This document shows positions 38,539-47,720 of a DNA stretch of 64,000 bases, in pieces. The stretch is from a virus. The stretch covers positions 3,502 to 67,501 of IMG/VR virus record IMGVR_UViG_3300032315_000202. The stretch is one strand, 5' to 3'. Every line of letters starts with the position of its first letter. Position 1 is the stretch's first letter. The notes below the pieces were generated by a model, which was not told the origin of the DNA, did not search any database, and saw nothing but the letters and a program-made list of their open reading frames with translations. The translations under genes were made by a program, and so were the position numbers.

Positions 38539-38915
38539 TAAGAGCGCAACGCTTCCAAAGTGATAATGTGTTCGACCGTCTTCCCCAAATCATCAAAGTC
38601 AGTGATGATAGTCAGAGTAGGGCCTGGGCCGTCTTTAAACCGATCTAGCTTGTTATGTTCAATGATCCATCCGCCCGAAGCAGGATAGATAGCAAAGCGT
38701 ACACTCGTCTTGGGAAGAGGAGTATCAGACTCTCGTGCCACAATATTTTCGCCGCGACTATTTTCCCAAGCTTCACGGGACCATTCCGCAAACTTTCTCT
38801 TAAACCAACCCATCTTCTTTTCCTTTTTGATATTAGTATATGCAATCTCTCCAGGCATGCTGCCAGCCATTGTTCTGGCGTACTTTGCTGGCGCCGGGGG
38901 CTTACCGTACGACAT
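38538..38915 (-). CDS. Hypothetical protein
   Basis: 125-aa ORF, coupled. Confidence 0.65.
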   Translation of the reverse strand: MSYGKPPAPAKYARTMAGSMPGEIAYTNIKKEKKMGWFKRKFAEWSREAWENSRGENIVARESDTPLPKTSVRFAIYPASGGWIIEHNKLDRFKDGPGPTLTIITDFDDLGKTVEHIITLEALRS

Positions 38916-39037
38916 TACTTCTTTCCTTCCTTAGGAAGAGTGACTTGAACGTTTCGATATAGAGTGCGTATCACGCCCATGATATCTGATTGCTTGTTAT
39001 TTTTCTTAAAAGTCTGGATAGCTACTTCTATGTTCAT
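38915..39037 (-). CDS. 40-aa hypothetical peptide MNIEVAIQTFKKNNKQSDIMGVIRTLYRNVQVTLPKEGKK
   Basis: SD AGGGAG; TAATG coupling to the next gene. Confidence 0.55.
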   Translation of the reverse strand: MNIEVAIQTFKKNNKQSDIMGVIRTLYRNVQVTLPKEGKK

Positions 39038-39047
39038 CGTTCTCTCC

Positions 39048-39548
39048 CTAAAATGCTTGATTGTAGTCTACTACTTCGCAGTTTCTACTGACCTCTTTGA
39101 CGAAATAAACACATCTAGGTTTCTCACTATCATCAATAGGAACGCATAGAAACTGTCCATTGCGAAGTCTCGGGGCATACCAAGTGACATCTGGATAGAT
39201 ATCTAGAATCTCGATTGGTAAGAATGTAGGCGAGGACGAACTCAGTGGATTAAATTGAAAAGCATTGAAGCCTCTGTCATTGAGGCTGGAGAGAGGAAGA
39301 GTTTCAAGATCACCGTGTTCTTGTTCCCCAATGAGTATCTGCCAATCAACGGGCATCTTAATAGACTTGTTACCGATCCTAAGAACTAGCGCAGGACTAT
39401 TGAATGTTTCCAAAAAGATCAGAGGGATATAGTAATAGTCAACGTTTGCGGGCGTTGAGTTGTCGAGAATAGCAAACCTAAGATCATCTATCTCTTCAGG
39501 AAGTGTTTCGAGGTTGTAGTATGTATTCTCTAATGTTAGGATGCGAAT
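39048..39548 (-). CDS. Hypothetical protein with apparent ATT start ((I)RILTLENTYYNLETLPEEIDDLRF...)
   Basis: Frame stays open 45 codons upstream of the track's TTG; AGGAG 7 nt before ATT; in-frame TAG at 39561-39563. Confidence 0.7.
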   Translation of the reverse strand: MRILTLENTYYNLETLPEEIDDLRFAILDNSTPANVDYYYIPLIFLETFNSPALVLRIGNKSIKMPVDWQILIGEQEHGDLETLPLSSLNDRGFNAFQFNPLSSSSPTFLPIEILDIYPDVTWYAPRLRNGQFLCVPIDDSEKPRCVYFVKEVSRNCEVVDYNQAF

Positions 39549-39695
39549 TTTACTTCTCCTCTAATATAATAGTATGTGATCATGAGTTAATCATAGCACT
39601 TACCGTTGTCAAGGTCAATGTAAAAGGGCTAAATAAAGATGTAGTTCGCGGGACGGGAATCCCCAACTACTCTAACGCTTATAGGAGCAATCAGC

Positions 39696-40295
39696 ATGAC
39701 TATTTATTACGTATACGCATACCTACGCAAATCAACTCTTACTCCATATTACATCGGAAAAGGTAAAAATAAACGGGCATACGGTAAGCATCCCGGAATT
39801 GTGGTTCCGAAGGATAGGTCTAGAATTGTATTCTTAGAATGTAATTTGACTGAATTAGGTGCTTTAGCTTTAGAGCGGCGGTACATTCGCTGGTATGGCC
39901 GCAAAAATGACCCCAACAATCTAGGAATACTACGCAACAAAACCGAAGGCGGTGAGGGTGTATCGGGCTTCAAAAGAACTGAAGAAAGTAATAGAAAAGT
40001 AAGCGTAGCAAAAAAAGGTACCACTGCTTGGAACAAAGGCCTAACTGGTGTATATACCCAAACTCCTGAGGCTAATAAAGTCAGATCGGAGAAACTCAAA
40101 GGAAGACCGTGTCCAAACAAAGGTAAGATGTCCGGAGAAAGCAATCCTATGTATGGTAAATCTGTTATAGACTTTATGACTGATGAGGAAATATTAAAAT
40201 GGAAAGAATCTCTCAAGAAACGTGTACCATGGAATAAAGGAAAGAAAGGCGTTCAGGTGGCTTGGAATAAAGGATTACATAGACCTTCTCAATAA
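39696..40295 (+). mobile_element. Free-standing GIY-YIG homing endonuclease gene with NUMOD-type repeats
   Basis: YYVYAYLR..YYIGKG..RA..E..I..YG..LRN.TEGGEG; three WNKG repeats and NPMYGK; opposite strand to neighbours; own late promoter at 39629-39635. Confidence 0.85.
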
Positions 40296-41746
40296 TCTAT
40301 CTTTTCAATTACAAAGGGATATTGAGCTTCTTTGTAGAATTGCTTGCGTTGAGCAAGATGCCTTTTTGCAAACTTGCAAGTACTAGTGAGGTCCCAAATT
40401 TCTACATGGTCCTTGTCTTCTGCTTTTCGCAGACCTCTACCGATTGACTGGATAACTCGTACAAATGATTTTCCAGGTTCAATCAATACTATGTTGAATA
40501 ATCTCGGCACATTGATACCAACTGCGGCCACACCATAGGTGCATATTAGGATCTTGTCATCCATAATGGCGACTTCATCATATTCTTCCTTTCGTTCTGT
40601 AAGCTTCGTGCCACCGTTAACGAAAACAGATCCTGGTATTCTGCTGACCAACTCTTTACCTGCATTGACACGATCAACAAGCACAAGCGTGTTGCCTGTC
40701 TCGTTAACCTTCATGATGAGTGCAGCCATCTTATCAAGGCGGCGATCATCTTCTAGTAGATGCTTCAGTTCACTTTGATAGTTATTGAACTCAACAGTGT
40801 CCTTGAGTTGAACGATGTTCACGTGGCACTTAGCAAGAACGCCCCTGTCTTGTAGTTCACTTGCTGCTAACTTACCGATAACAGGTCCAAGTGAGACTAG
40901 GATGGATATCCGATCCATCTCTGCCTTAGGAATCGTGCCGGTCAGTCCCCAGCGAATAGGAACACATGATAGCACCCCGGTTAGCAACGCCTTTAATACG
41001 TCAGCTTTGGCCATATGAACTTCGTCAACGATGACGCAGCCGACACCTTCGAAAAACGATTCTGCTAGTTCAGGATCACCGTCGTCTCCCTTTGTATTCT
41101 TGAGAAGATTGTTGAGAGATTGCCATGTGCAGATAGTATGTGTCTTGCCATAGTCCTTGCGATCACCGAAGTAGACGCCAACGTCAAGTCCTAGATTTAT
41201 GTAATCTGCTTCTGTCTGTACGACTAGAGACTTGTTAGGAACGATCACAAGCGATCTACCGTAAGGTTCAGCACACAAAGACAGTGCTGCTGTCATCACA
41301 GTCTTGCCTGCCCCTGTTGCGATCTCTTGCAGTGATTGAGGATTAGCTAAGAAATTGTTGATGATTTCAATCTGATAGTCACGAAGCACGACAGGTTGAC
41401 CCTCCCGCTCGTGCCCTTTAGGCCAGCAAATGTGAGAGAATGTGTCTGCTGTTACCTGCTCAAACGTGAGTTCAGCGTGTGCTTGGCGTAAGTCTTGAAG
41501 TTCAATGTCATATCCTTTATCATAGAGATAAGGAATGATCTGATCTAACAGATTAAGATATGTGCTACCAGCTAATGAGAAATAACTGATCTTGCCGTTC
41601 CATCTTCCCAATCGTACTGCCGGAAGATACCGAGCACCTGGCATTTCGTACTCGAACATCTTCATCAATGCACGACGATCACCTACTTCTAAGCCCTCGA
41701 TCTTTGCGTTAACCTCATCTTTAATTATTATTTTTGCTTCACTCAT
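40289..41746 (-). CDS. uvsW: SF2 DNA helicase (UvsW-like)
   Basis: LRDYQ, ATGAGKT, VDEVH, GLTGT, QSIGRGLR. Confidence 0.9.
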   Translation of the reverse strand: MSEAKIIIKDEVNAKIEGLEVGDRRALMKMFEYEMPGARYLPAVRLGRWNGKISYFSLAGSTYLNLLDQIIPYLYDKGYDIELQDLRQAHAELTFEQVTADTFSHICWPKGHEREGQPVVLRDYQIEIINNFLANPQSLQEIATGAGKTVMTAALSLCAEPYGRSLVIVPNKSLVVQTEADYINLGLDVGVYFGDRKDYGKTHTICTWQSLNNLLKNTKGDDGDPELAESFFEGVGCVIVDEVHMAKADVLKALLTGVLSCVPIRWGLTGTIPKAEMDRISILVSLGPVIGKLAASELQDRGVLAKCHVNIVQLKDTVEFNNYQSELKHLLEDDRRLDKMAALIMKVNETGNTLVLVDRVNAGKELVSRIPGSVFVNGGTKLTERKEEYDEVAIMDDKILICTYGVAAVGINVPRLFNIVLIEPGKSFVRVIQSIGRGLRKAEDKDHVEIWDLTSTCKFAKRHLAQRKQFYKEAQYPFVIEKIDY

Positions 41747-42780
41747 TTTACCTCTACTGGTCGTGAATTTTTCAGCACGACGATTTTATCGATATTGTAA
41801 TTTACGTAAGTATTTAAGCGGCTGTTTAAATGACTATGAGCTTGCAGCAAGAAAGACCTGGGAGGCATAGGACTATCACGTTTAAAATCATGGCCCGTTG
41901 ACGGCACTACAGAAATCCCTGTAAATGCTGCTTCAATCTCTGAGCGAAAATTCCTACCCGTAGGCAGCACTCTGTTTAGATCCGTAGACAGCACTCTGTC
42001 TAGCAGGACCCTTTGAACTTTCAACTGTCTCATCCAGTTTGCCACTTGAACAAGGTTATCTACGTCAACTTCAGTCACGTATTCATATGCAAACCTCAAT
42101 TCAGGGGAATCACCGTAAAAATCAGGATGTGCCGGAAACTGGTAGCGAGATAGTTTATAAAGAGTATCAGTAGTAATGTTCAAATCAATGTTACTGATAT
42201 GGTCTATAGCAGCAGGATTAGCTGCGCCCATGACGATCCTGCCGTTGATATTCATCAACGTCGGTTCCCAGATCAACCCTTCATACTGCTTCAAATCGGT
42301 TAATATGCTACCCAGCGTGTCGCAGTACTTTACAATCTTGAAGTATTTGGGTAGAGTATGATACAGCAATTTAAACGCGGCTGTACTGAACGGCGCTCGG
42401 TACAGTTTTTCTTCCTTGATCCACGTAAAGGGATTACCTTTGACCTCACGAAAGAAAGAAATAAACGTCTTGTTGAACGGGACCTTGAGAGTGATAACAT
42501 CTTCGAACAAAGATACATTTGCACCTGTATATTCAGATGTGCTTTCAACGACCATAGTCTTCCAAGGAAGATCCTTCAAGTCTTCCTTGATCGGAACTGT
42601 CTTAGACAGTTGCTTTGCATACTTGCTGATCAACTTATCGAATAAGTCAACCTGATTGGAAGTAACTCTCATCTTGTTTTGGATGATAGTCTGTAGGTTA
42701 GCCATGAACTTGTAGTCATACTGACTCAAGCTAATCTTACCCTGCAGGAAGAAGTGAAGTAGGTGTTCTTTACAATCCAT
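41743..42780 (-). CDS. Hypothetical protein
   Basis: 345-aa ORF; TTGCTA-17-TATGAT promoter at 42786-42814. Confidence 0.7.
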   Translation of the reverse strand: MDCKEHLLHFFLQGKISLSQYDYKFMANLQTIIQNKMRVTSNQVDLFDKLISKYAKQLSKTVPIKEDLKDLPWKTMVVESTSEYTGANVSLFEDVITLKVPFNKTFISFFREVKGNPFTWIKEEKLYRAPFSTAAFKLLYHTLPKYFKIVKYCDTLGSILTDLKQYEGLIWEPTLMNINGRIVMGAANPAAIDHISNIDLNITTDTLYKLSRYQFPAHPDFYGDSPELRFAYEYVTEVDVDNLVQVANWMRQLKVQRVLLDRVLSTDLNRVLPTGRNFRSEIEAAFTGISVVPSTGHDFKRDSPMPPRSFLLQAHSHLNSRLNTYVNYNIDKIVVLKNSRPVEVK

Positions 42781-42824
42781 GTCTTATCATAGTGCCTTAT
42801 GTTGATTTTAGCAATTATAAAGGT

Positions 42825-42848
42825 AAAAAAAGGGGGCCGAAGCCCCCT
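42825..42848 (-). terminator. Intrinsic terminator
   Basis: AGGGGGC-TTCG-GCCCCCT followed by a T run. Confidence 0.8.
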
Positions 42849-42870
42849 AATAGTTTAGGAGAATGTTGAG

Positions 42871-43893
42871 TTACGTGTGCTTCATCACCGTGTTCTCGGC
42901 GAGAGACTGCCACTTCGTCGGAGACATCTTGATAAGATCAGCGATCTTGAGAGCCATACGAATCGACAGTTCACGCAGACGACCGATGTGCTGTTCCATG
43001 TAAGCAAACACCTGATCGCCCTCGTCTTCGGCGAAGCGATAGTCCGCGAACAGACCGCCTTCAGCGTCACGATCAACCTGACGAATGCGAAGCATCTTGT
43101 CACGCTGAGTGTCAATCGTCAAGTCAATGAAGTGACACCGGCTTTCAAGCGCCTCGAGATGATCCTGCAACTTCTTAGAGCGAACGTTCTGGAACTTCAG
43201 GTTAGTGATGAAGATCGCAGAACCGTTGAAGTTGAAGCTGTTCGGAATGCCCTCGTCACGCAGCAGACGAGAATCCGAATTCCAGCAGATGCGACGACGC
43301 TTGCCGCTGTCAAGTGCAGCCTTGAGAATGTTCAGGGTGAGTTCGTCGCCGAACACGCTGTCGCAGTCATCGAACACGAGAATGTTCTTCTTGTCGCTAT
43401 ACTTGTAAAGCAGTGCATACAGACCGAGTGCAGTCATTGCACCCTTGACAACTTCAAAGCGAGGGCGATTGCCGGCAATATGATCGAACATCGCAGCTTT
43501 CTCAAGCTGACGCTCGACACCGAACGACTTGCCAACTCCCGGAGGACCAGAGACGATCATCGCACGAACATCACCGCGAATGCAAGCGGATGCCATCTCG
43601 TCGAGAATCTCGAAACGAGTAGCAATGCGGTCCATCGCTTCTTCATCAGTCTCTGCGACCTTAACAACAGGCGCGACCGGCTCCAACATCGGCTCACCGT
43701 CGACAAATTCAATATCGGAAATGTGGTTCACTTTGATTTTAATCTCATCGATTGCAACAGGGAAATGGCCTTCGTTCTTTACGGTCACGTAGCTGCCCTT
43801 CTTGCCAGTATGAAAGCCTTTTACGAGCTTGAATTGTTTGTTGATGACAGGCTGATTACGATACTCGCCGAACTTGATAATTACTGTAGACAT
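42871..43893 (-). CDS. P-loop AAA-type ATPase
   Basis: GPPGVGKS, LVFDDCD, IFITN, ALESR; start at ATG 43893 with SD GGAG; promoter at 43925-43953. Confidence 0.85.
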   Translation of the reverse strand: MSTVIIKFGEYRNQPVINKQFKLVKGFHTGKKGSYVTVKNEGHFPVAIDEIKIKVNHISDIEFVDGEPMLEPVAPVVKVAETDEEAMDRIATRFEILDEMASACIRGDVRAMIVSGPPGVGKSFGVERQLEKAAMFDHIAGNRPRFEVVKGAMTALGLYALLYKYSDKKNILVFDDCDSVFGDELTLNILKAALDSGKRRRICWNSDSRLLRDEGIPNSFNFNGSAIFITNLKFQNVRSKKLQDHLEALESRCHFIDLTIDTQRDKMLRIRQVDRDAEGGLFADYRFAEDEGDQVFAYMEQHIGRLRELSIRMALKIADLIKMSPTKWQSLAENTVMKHT

Positions 43894-43968
43894 GTGCGCT
43901 CCGTATGTGCGTTTCAATATAGCTACTGTAGCTAGGCTTCAGGTAGAAGTCAAGTCTTATTTTCAAAA

Positions 43969-44205
43969 TTACTTGAACATTCTCTTCTTGGGCTTCACAG
44001 AGTTATTTTCTTTTTTAATTTCTTCCAACTCGGTTTTTAAACGAGAAACCTGTTCTTGAAGGTCGTCTCGCTGAGAAATAACATCTTCAAGTACACTCAC
44101 TGTCATAGAAAGAGAATTCACGAAGGTGTTGTTGCGTTCATTAGCCGAAACTCCGCCGAGAATGCTTTTGATGGAAGTGAGCAGAATACGTTCTACGTTG
44201 GTCAA
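43969..44205 (-). CDS. Hypothetical coiled-coil protein
   Basis: SD AAGGA, TTG start; promoter TTGACA-17-TATATC at 44238-44266. Confidence 0.6.
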   Translation of the reverse strand: MTNVERILLTSIKSILGGVSANERNNTFVNSLSMTVSVLEDVISQRDDLQEQVSRLKTELEEIKKENNSVKPKKRMFK

Positions 44206-44293
44206 AGTATCAATCCTTTGTTCTAGCTAGGTGATTTGATATAATAGATCGGATAGATGATGTCAAGGCACTTTTTCTAAATTTCATAAATTT

Positions 44294-44500
44294 TTATGAA
44301 GTCTTGATCACAGCAAAAACAGAATTTTTTAGTTCTGCGGATTCCTCATACGAGAGGTAGAAGTCAGTAGTCGGGTCCCAATAGGCGCCTTCCTTGGGGT
44401 CATAGTAAGTCACTCGACCGCTGGGGTAGAAGAAAGGACCCTCAAGACCCTTGCGGGGCTGATACTTAGCATCACGCTCACGCAGAATACGATAACCCAT
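44294..44500 (-). CDS. Hypothetical protein
   Basis: GLEGPF..YYDPKEGAYWDPTTDFY. Confidence 0.7.
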   Translation of the reverse strand: MGYRILRERDAKYQPRKGLEGPFFYPSGRVTYYDPKEGAYWDPTTDFYLSYEESAELKNSVFAVIKTS

Positions 44501-44509
44501 GATGAAACC

Positions 44510-44767
44510 TTACTGATTGGCCGTATTAGCAGTTTCGTTATAGCCCTTCGACGCTTCGCCGAGAAGTTGTCCTGCTTCTCGTGCGACAGCATTCGGATCA
44601 GAAATAACACTGTAAAAAGTGTACCCGACCAGGCTGAAAACAGTCAGTACGCCGACAAACACAATAAGGAACCATACCTTGAAGAACAGAGGCATGCTAG
44701 AGAAAAATCCTTCTGGGAGTTCCTTGACGCGATTACGGTAACGGTATTGGTGAGTGCGATTAGTCAT
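44510..44767 (-). CDS. Small membrane protein
   Basis: One transmembrane helix; start at ATG 44767 with SD GGAG. Confidence 0.6.
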   Translation of the reverse strand: MTNRTHQYRYRNRVKELPEGFFSSMPLFFKVWFLIVFVGVLTVFSLVGYTFYSVISDPNAVAREAGQLLGEASKGYNETANTANQ

Positions 44768-44843
44768 AGTGTGTCTCCGTTGTTGTCTATGATTCTTTGT
44801 AGCAAAATGGGTACCCGAAGTCAACCGAAAAATTGCCAAAAAG

Positions 44844-45578
44844 TTAGATAATCAAAGTCCAAGTGTTAGCCCTGTAATATTCTAATGTATCCTTACGTGC
44901 AGCCTTAAAGTAACCCTTGACTGCAATGTTGTTATTACTAGTTAGGTAATGATCGAACAAGTCAGCCAGAGGACTGCGGGCTTCCACACTCAACATAAAG
45001 CGATCATCTTTATGATCACTAAACCAGTACTCATGTGGGTTTCGGGCCTTGCGATAAGACATGATTTTCTTGATGAAGGTTAGCTTCTGCTGTTCAGTTT
45101 CGTAGTTAAGTACATCCCCTTTAAGAGAATGATACTCGCCGTCAAATACTGGCTGAAGTTCCTTATCGTAGTGATAGAAATAAGGCAGCTTGTACAGCAT
45201 GCCAGTATACTTAGAAGAAAATTGGTGTTTTCCATCAACTGTCTTAGTATCGCTGCTCAGGAAGCAAGCCAGGTCTTGGCGAAACGGAGTGATGCGATCA
45301 CCTCTCAATGTAGTCAAAACAATCTTATCATTATAATGTCTACGAATGGTCGCTGCAAGAACTCGATCTTCGTCGGTTATCTGTTTTTGGATTAACGTAG
45401 ACATGAAATCATGTCTAACCGTGGTATCAGGGTCTTGTATAGTTAGTCGATGATGAGCGCAACTAAGAAGCAACGGGTCCTCATCGGTTTTGACGTTTGG
45501 CTCTGCCGCTTTAGCAAAGACATCCGCCCAGTCCGGGGCGACAACGTCAACAGTTTGTAGTTTACTAAGTTGAATCAC
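44844..45578 (-). CDS. Hypothetical protein
   Basis: 244-aa ORF, SD AGGAG, GTG start. Confidence 0.7.
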   Translation of the reverse strand: MIQLSKLQTVDVVAPDWADVFAKAAEPNVKTDEDPLLLSCAHHRLTIQDPDTTVRHDFMSTLIQKQITDEDRVLAATIRRHYNDKIVLTTLRGDRITPFRQDLACFLSSDTKTVDGKHQFSSKYTGMLYKLPYFYHYDKELQPVFDGEYHSLKGDVLNYETEQQKLTFIKKIMSYRKARNPHEYWFSDHKDDRFMLSVEARSPLADLFDHYLTSNNNIAVKGYFKAARKDTLEYYRANTWTLII

Positions 45579-45633
45579 TTGTATCTCCTATGACTTCACA
45601 TTAAAGGATTGTGAGTAGAAAGCAAGCCGCAGC

Positions 45634-46092
45634 TTACCCAATTGTGATATCTTCCATACCAGCAGTTCTTAGACGAACAATGTGACCCAACTGCCACTGC
45701 TTAGTATCAATTCCTTTTAGGATACCCAACCACCTATTACGCACCAGTGCAACTTCGTTAATAAGAACTTCAAAGTCGATAACTTCTTGCTCACCGTCAA
45801 CATACTTTTCGGCGTCTCGTGAGGTTAGGGCACGATTGTAATTTTCTAAATATTTTTGAAAATGCTTCCTACGAATCTTTCTCAATTGAATGTTAAGGAA
45901 GTTGAGTACCGCTTCAATCTCTTGTAATTGATTGAAGCGGTACTCAGTGATACCTGGAAGGGCAGCGATGTTAGCCTCTACCTTTCCGTACACTTTGACT
46001 TCGGCTCTTGCCTTCAGCAACTCACCTTCGTAGTAAGTGATGAAGTCAGGTAGTACCCCTAAATCATCAGTGATTTTGTTGTACCAGGTCAT
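45634..46092 (-). CDS. uvsY: Recombination mediator (UvsY-like)
   Basis: DAEKYVDG..L.GILKGIDTKQWQL..IVRLR..G; downstream of uvsX. Confidence 0.75.
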   Translation of the reverse strand: MTWYNKITDDLGVLPDFITYYEGELLKARAEVKVYGKVEANIAALPGITEYRFNQLQEIEAVLNFLNIQLRKIRRKHFQKYLENYNRALTSRDAEKYVDGEQEVIDFEVLINEVALVRNRWLGILKGIDTKQWQLGHIVRLRTAGMEDITIG

Positions 46093-46361
46093 TCGTAATC
46101 GTCATCGTCGTCATCAAGATCAACGTCAGCATCAAAGAGGTCTTCCTCTTTGTGATAGTGTCCGTCTTCCGGACTTTCTAGGTAAAACTCTAGCGCACCC
46201 TTGATATAAGAATCGCCCTTAAAAGCATTCTTAATCTCATTGGGTGAGTAATCTTCTTCAATCAAATAGTTGACAAGAAGTTCTGCGGCACCATCCGGGT
46301 CACCTATCTCAATGCTTGCTTTGAGTGTCTTCCATACTTCATGAATAAGCCCTACGCTCAT
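46089..46361 (-). CDS. Hypothetical acidic protein
   Basis: 90-aa ORF, coupled. Confidence 0.7.
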   Translation of the reverse strand: MSVGLIHEVWKTLKASIEIGDPDGAAELLVNYLIEEDYSPNEIKNAFKGDSYIKGALEFYLESPEDGHYHKEEDLFDADVDLDDDDDDYE

Positions 46362-47431
46362 TGTTCACCGTTCTCCTGTTCATCAGTAACGATACTTAGC
46401 TCAGGTTCTGGCTTTTTATCAAACTCATTCATCATGATGTCAAGGCAACCATCGGTGTTTGCTTCCCAAGCCTTGCGGAACTTCTTGATGATAGTTCCGT
46501 CTAGCGCGGTGTAAACGAGAGAGTTGCCTTCTTTCTTTAATCGTCCCATACCTTCAAACATGTCAAGCAACCCTGAATAAGGATTCATGCCTGTGCTGTA
46601 TGGGATTTTGACCTGCACCGTTTCAAAGGGCTTTGCATAACGAGTCTTCATGACCTTACACATTGCACGAATGCCTCGCACTTCGCTGATCTTATTGCCG
46701 TCCTCGTCTTCCTTGAGCTTGAGCTTCTTCATGGCAACAACGATACTTGATGCGTACACGAAGCCCTGTCCACCGCTGATCTTATCGTCAGGGTCAAACA
46801 TATCCTGTGAAGCATACGTGTGATTGGTTGCAACAAGCCCTACGTTGTGACTGCCGAACATGTTAACGCAATTACGAACAAGTGCGGTTAGTGCCTTAGG
46901 CTTGCGACCCATGTCACCCTTCATGTCACCTGCTTCAAACTGATTAACGTCAGTGGGCGTCAGCAACATCCCTAGACTGTCAATGACAAAGAGAACCTTA
47001 GGCTTCTCGCCTTCAGGCAGTGTCTTGTACTCTTTCATGAATTCGCTGATAGTCTTAGCAACGTCATCGATCATTGCCATATTCAGCTTGAGCAGCTTGC
47101 TTTCGCTAGTGTCAACGCCGAGAGCATGAAGCCATGATTCATCCAATGCGTTTTCGCTGTCAACTAGAACAACATAGATACCCTGCTCTTGTGCGTGACG
47201 CACTAGATTGCCGGAACAGATATAGGATTTCCCTGAACCCGACTCTCCAGCAAAGACAGTAACTTTACCAAGAGGAATACCTTTGTTAAAGTCGTCACTA
47301 ATACGATAGTTGAGGGCATAATTGCCTGTACTCACCCAGTCTGTCGGGTCATTGAATCCGATGCTAAGACCGTCGATAGCTTTGGTGATGCCGCGACGGA
47401 ACTTGCTGATGTCAAATGGTTTGGTTGTCAT
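46358..47431 (-). CDS. uvsX: RecA-like recombinase (UvsX)
   Basis: STGNYALN, AGESGSGKS, DSENA, IDSLG, SGGQG. Confidence 0.95.
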   Translation of the reverse strand: MTTKPFDISKFRRGITKAIDGLSIGFNDPTDWVSTGNYALNYRISDDFNKGIPLGKVTVFAGESGSGKSYICSGNLVRHAQEQGIYVVLVDSENALDESWLHALGVDTSESKLLKLNMAMIDDVAKTISEFMKEYKTLPEGEKPKVLFVIDSLGMLLTPTDVNQFEAGDMKGDMGRKPKALTALVRNCVNMFGSHNVGLVATNHTYASQDMFDPDDKISGGQGFVYASSIVVAMKKLKLKEDEDGNKISEVRGIRAMCKVMKTRYAKPFETVQVKIPYSTGMNPYSGLLDMFEGMGRLKKEGNSLVYTALDGTIIKKFRKAWEANTDGCLDIMMNEFDKKPEPELSIVTDEQENGEQ

Positions 47432-47438
47432 TATATTC

Positions 47439-47672
47439 CTATCTGTTTACTTGTTTCAAAACTCTATCAGAGAACGCAGCTTTGTCAAGTAATTCGGGAC
47501 TGTTGTTTGCGATCTGATCTAAATCATAATCTGTTGGAAAATGTCTCAGAATCCCACGTGCGCGGTCACGAATGATGCTTGGTGTCCTAGGCGTCTTGCC
47601 CGGATCACAAAGTTCCTCTAGCAACTTCTTGCTTTGCTTTAATGCTCTGAATCTTTCGTCTGGTGATGTCAT
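47439..47672 (-). CDS. Hypothetical protein
   Basis: MTSPDERFRAL..TPRTP..IRDRARGILRHFP. Confidence 0.7.
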   Translation of the reverse strand: MTSPDERFRALKQSKKLLEELCDPGKTPRTPSIIRDRARGILRHFPTDYDLDQIANNSPELLDKAAFSDRVLKQVNR

Positions 47673-47693
47673 GGTTCTACTCCTTGCAAGAAC

Positions 47694-47714
47694 AGGGGGA
47701 GGTTTCCCTCCCCC
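47694..47714 (-). terminator. Hairpin after the SSB gene
   Basis: GGGGAGG-GAAA-CCTCCCC. Confidence 0.55.
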
Positions 47715-47720
47715 GATTCA

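Noticed and set aside
39749-40216. 155-aa minus-strand ORF within the endonuclease
   Set aside because: The plus strand carries the clear GIY-YIG motifs, SD and promoter
42877-43935. 352-aa antisense ORF opposite the AAA ATPase
   Set aside because: In codon register with the sense gene; explained by its avoidance of TTA/CTA/TCA codons
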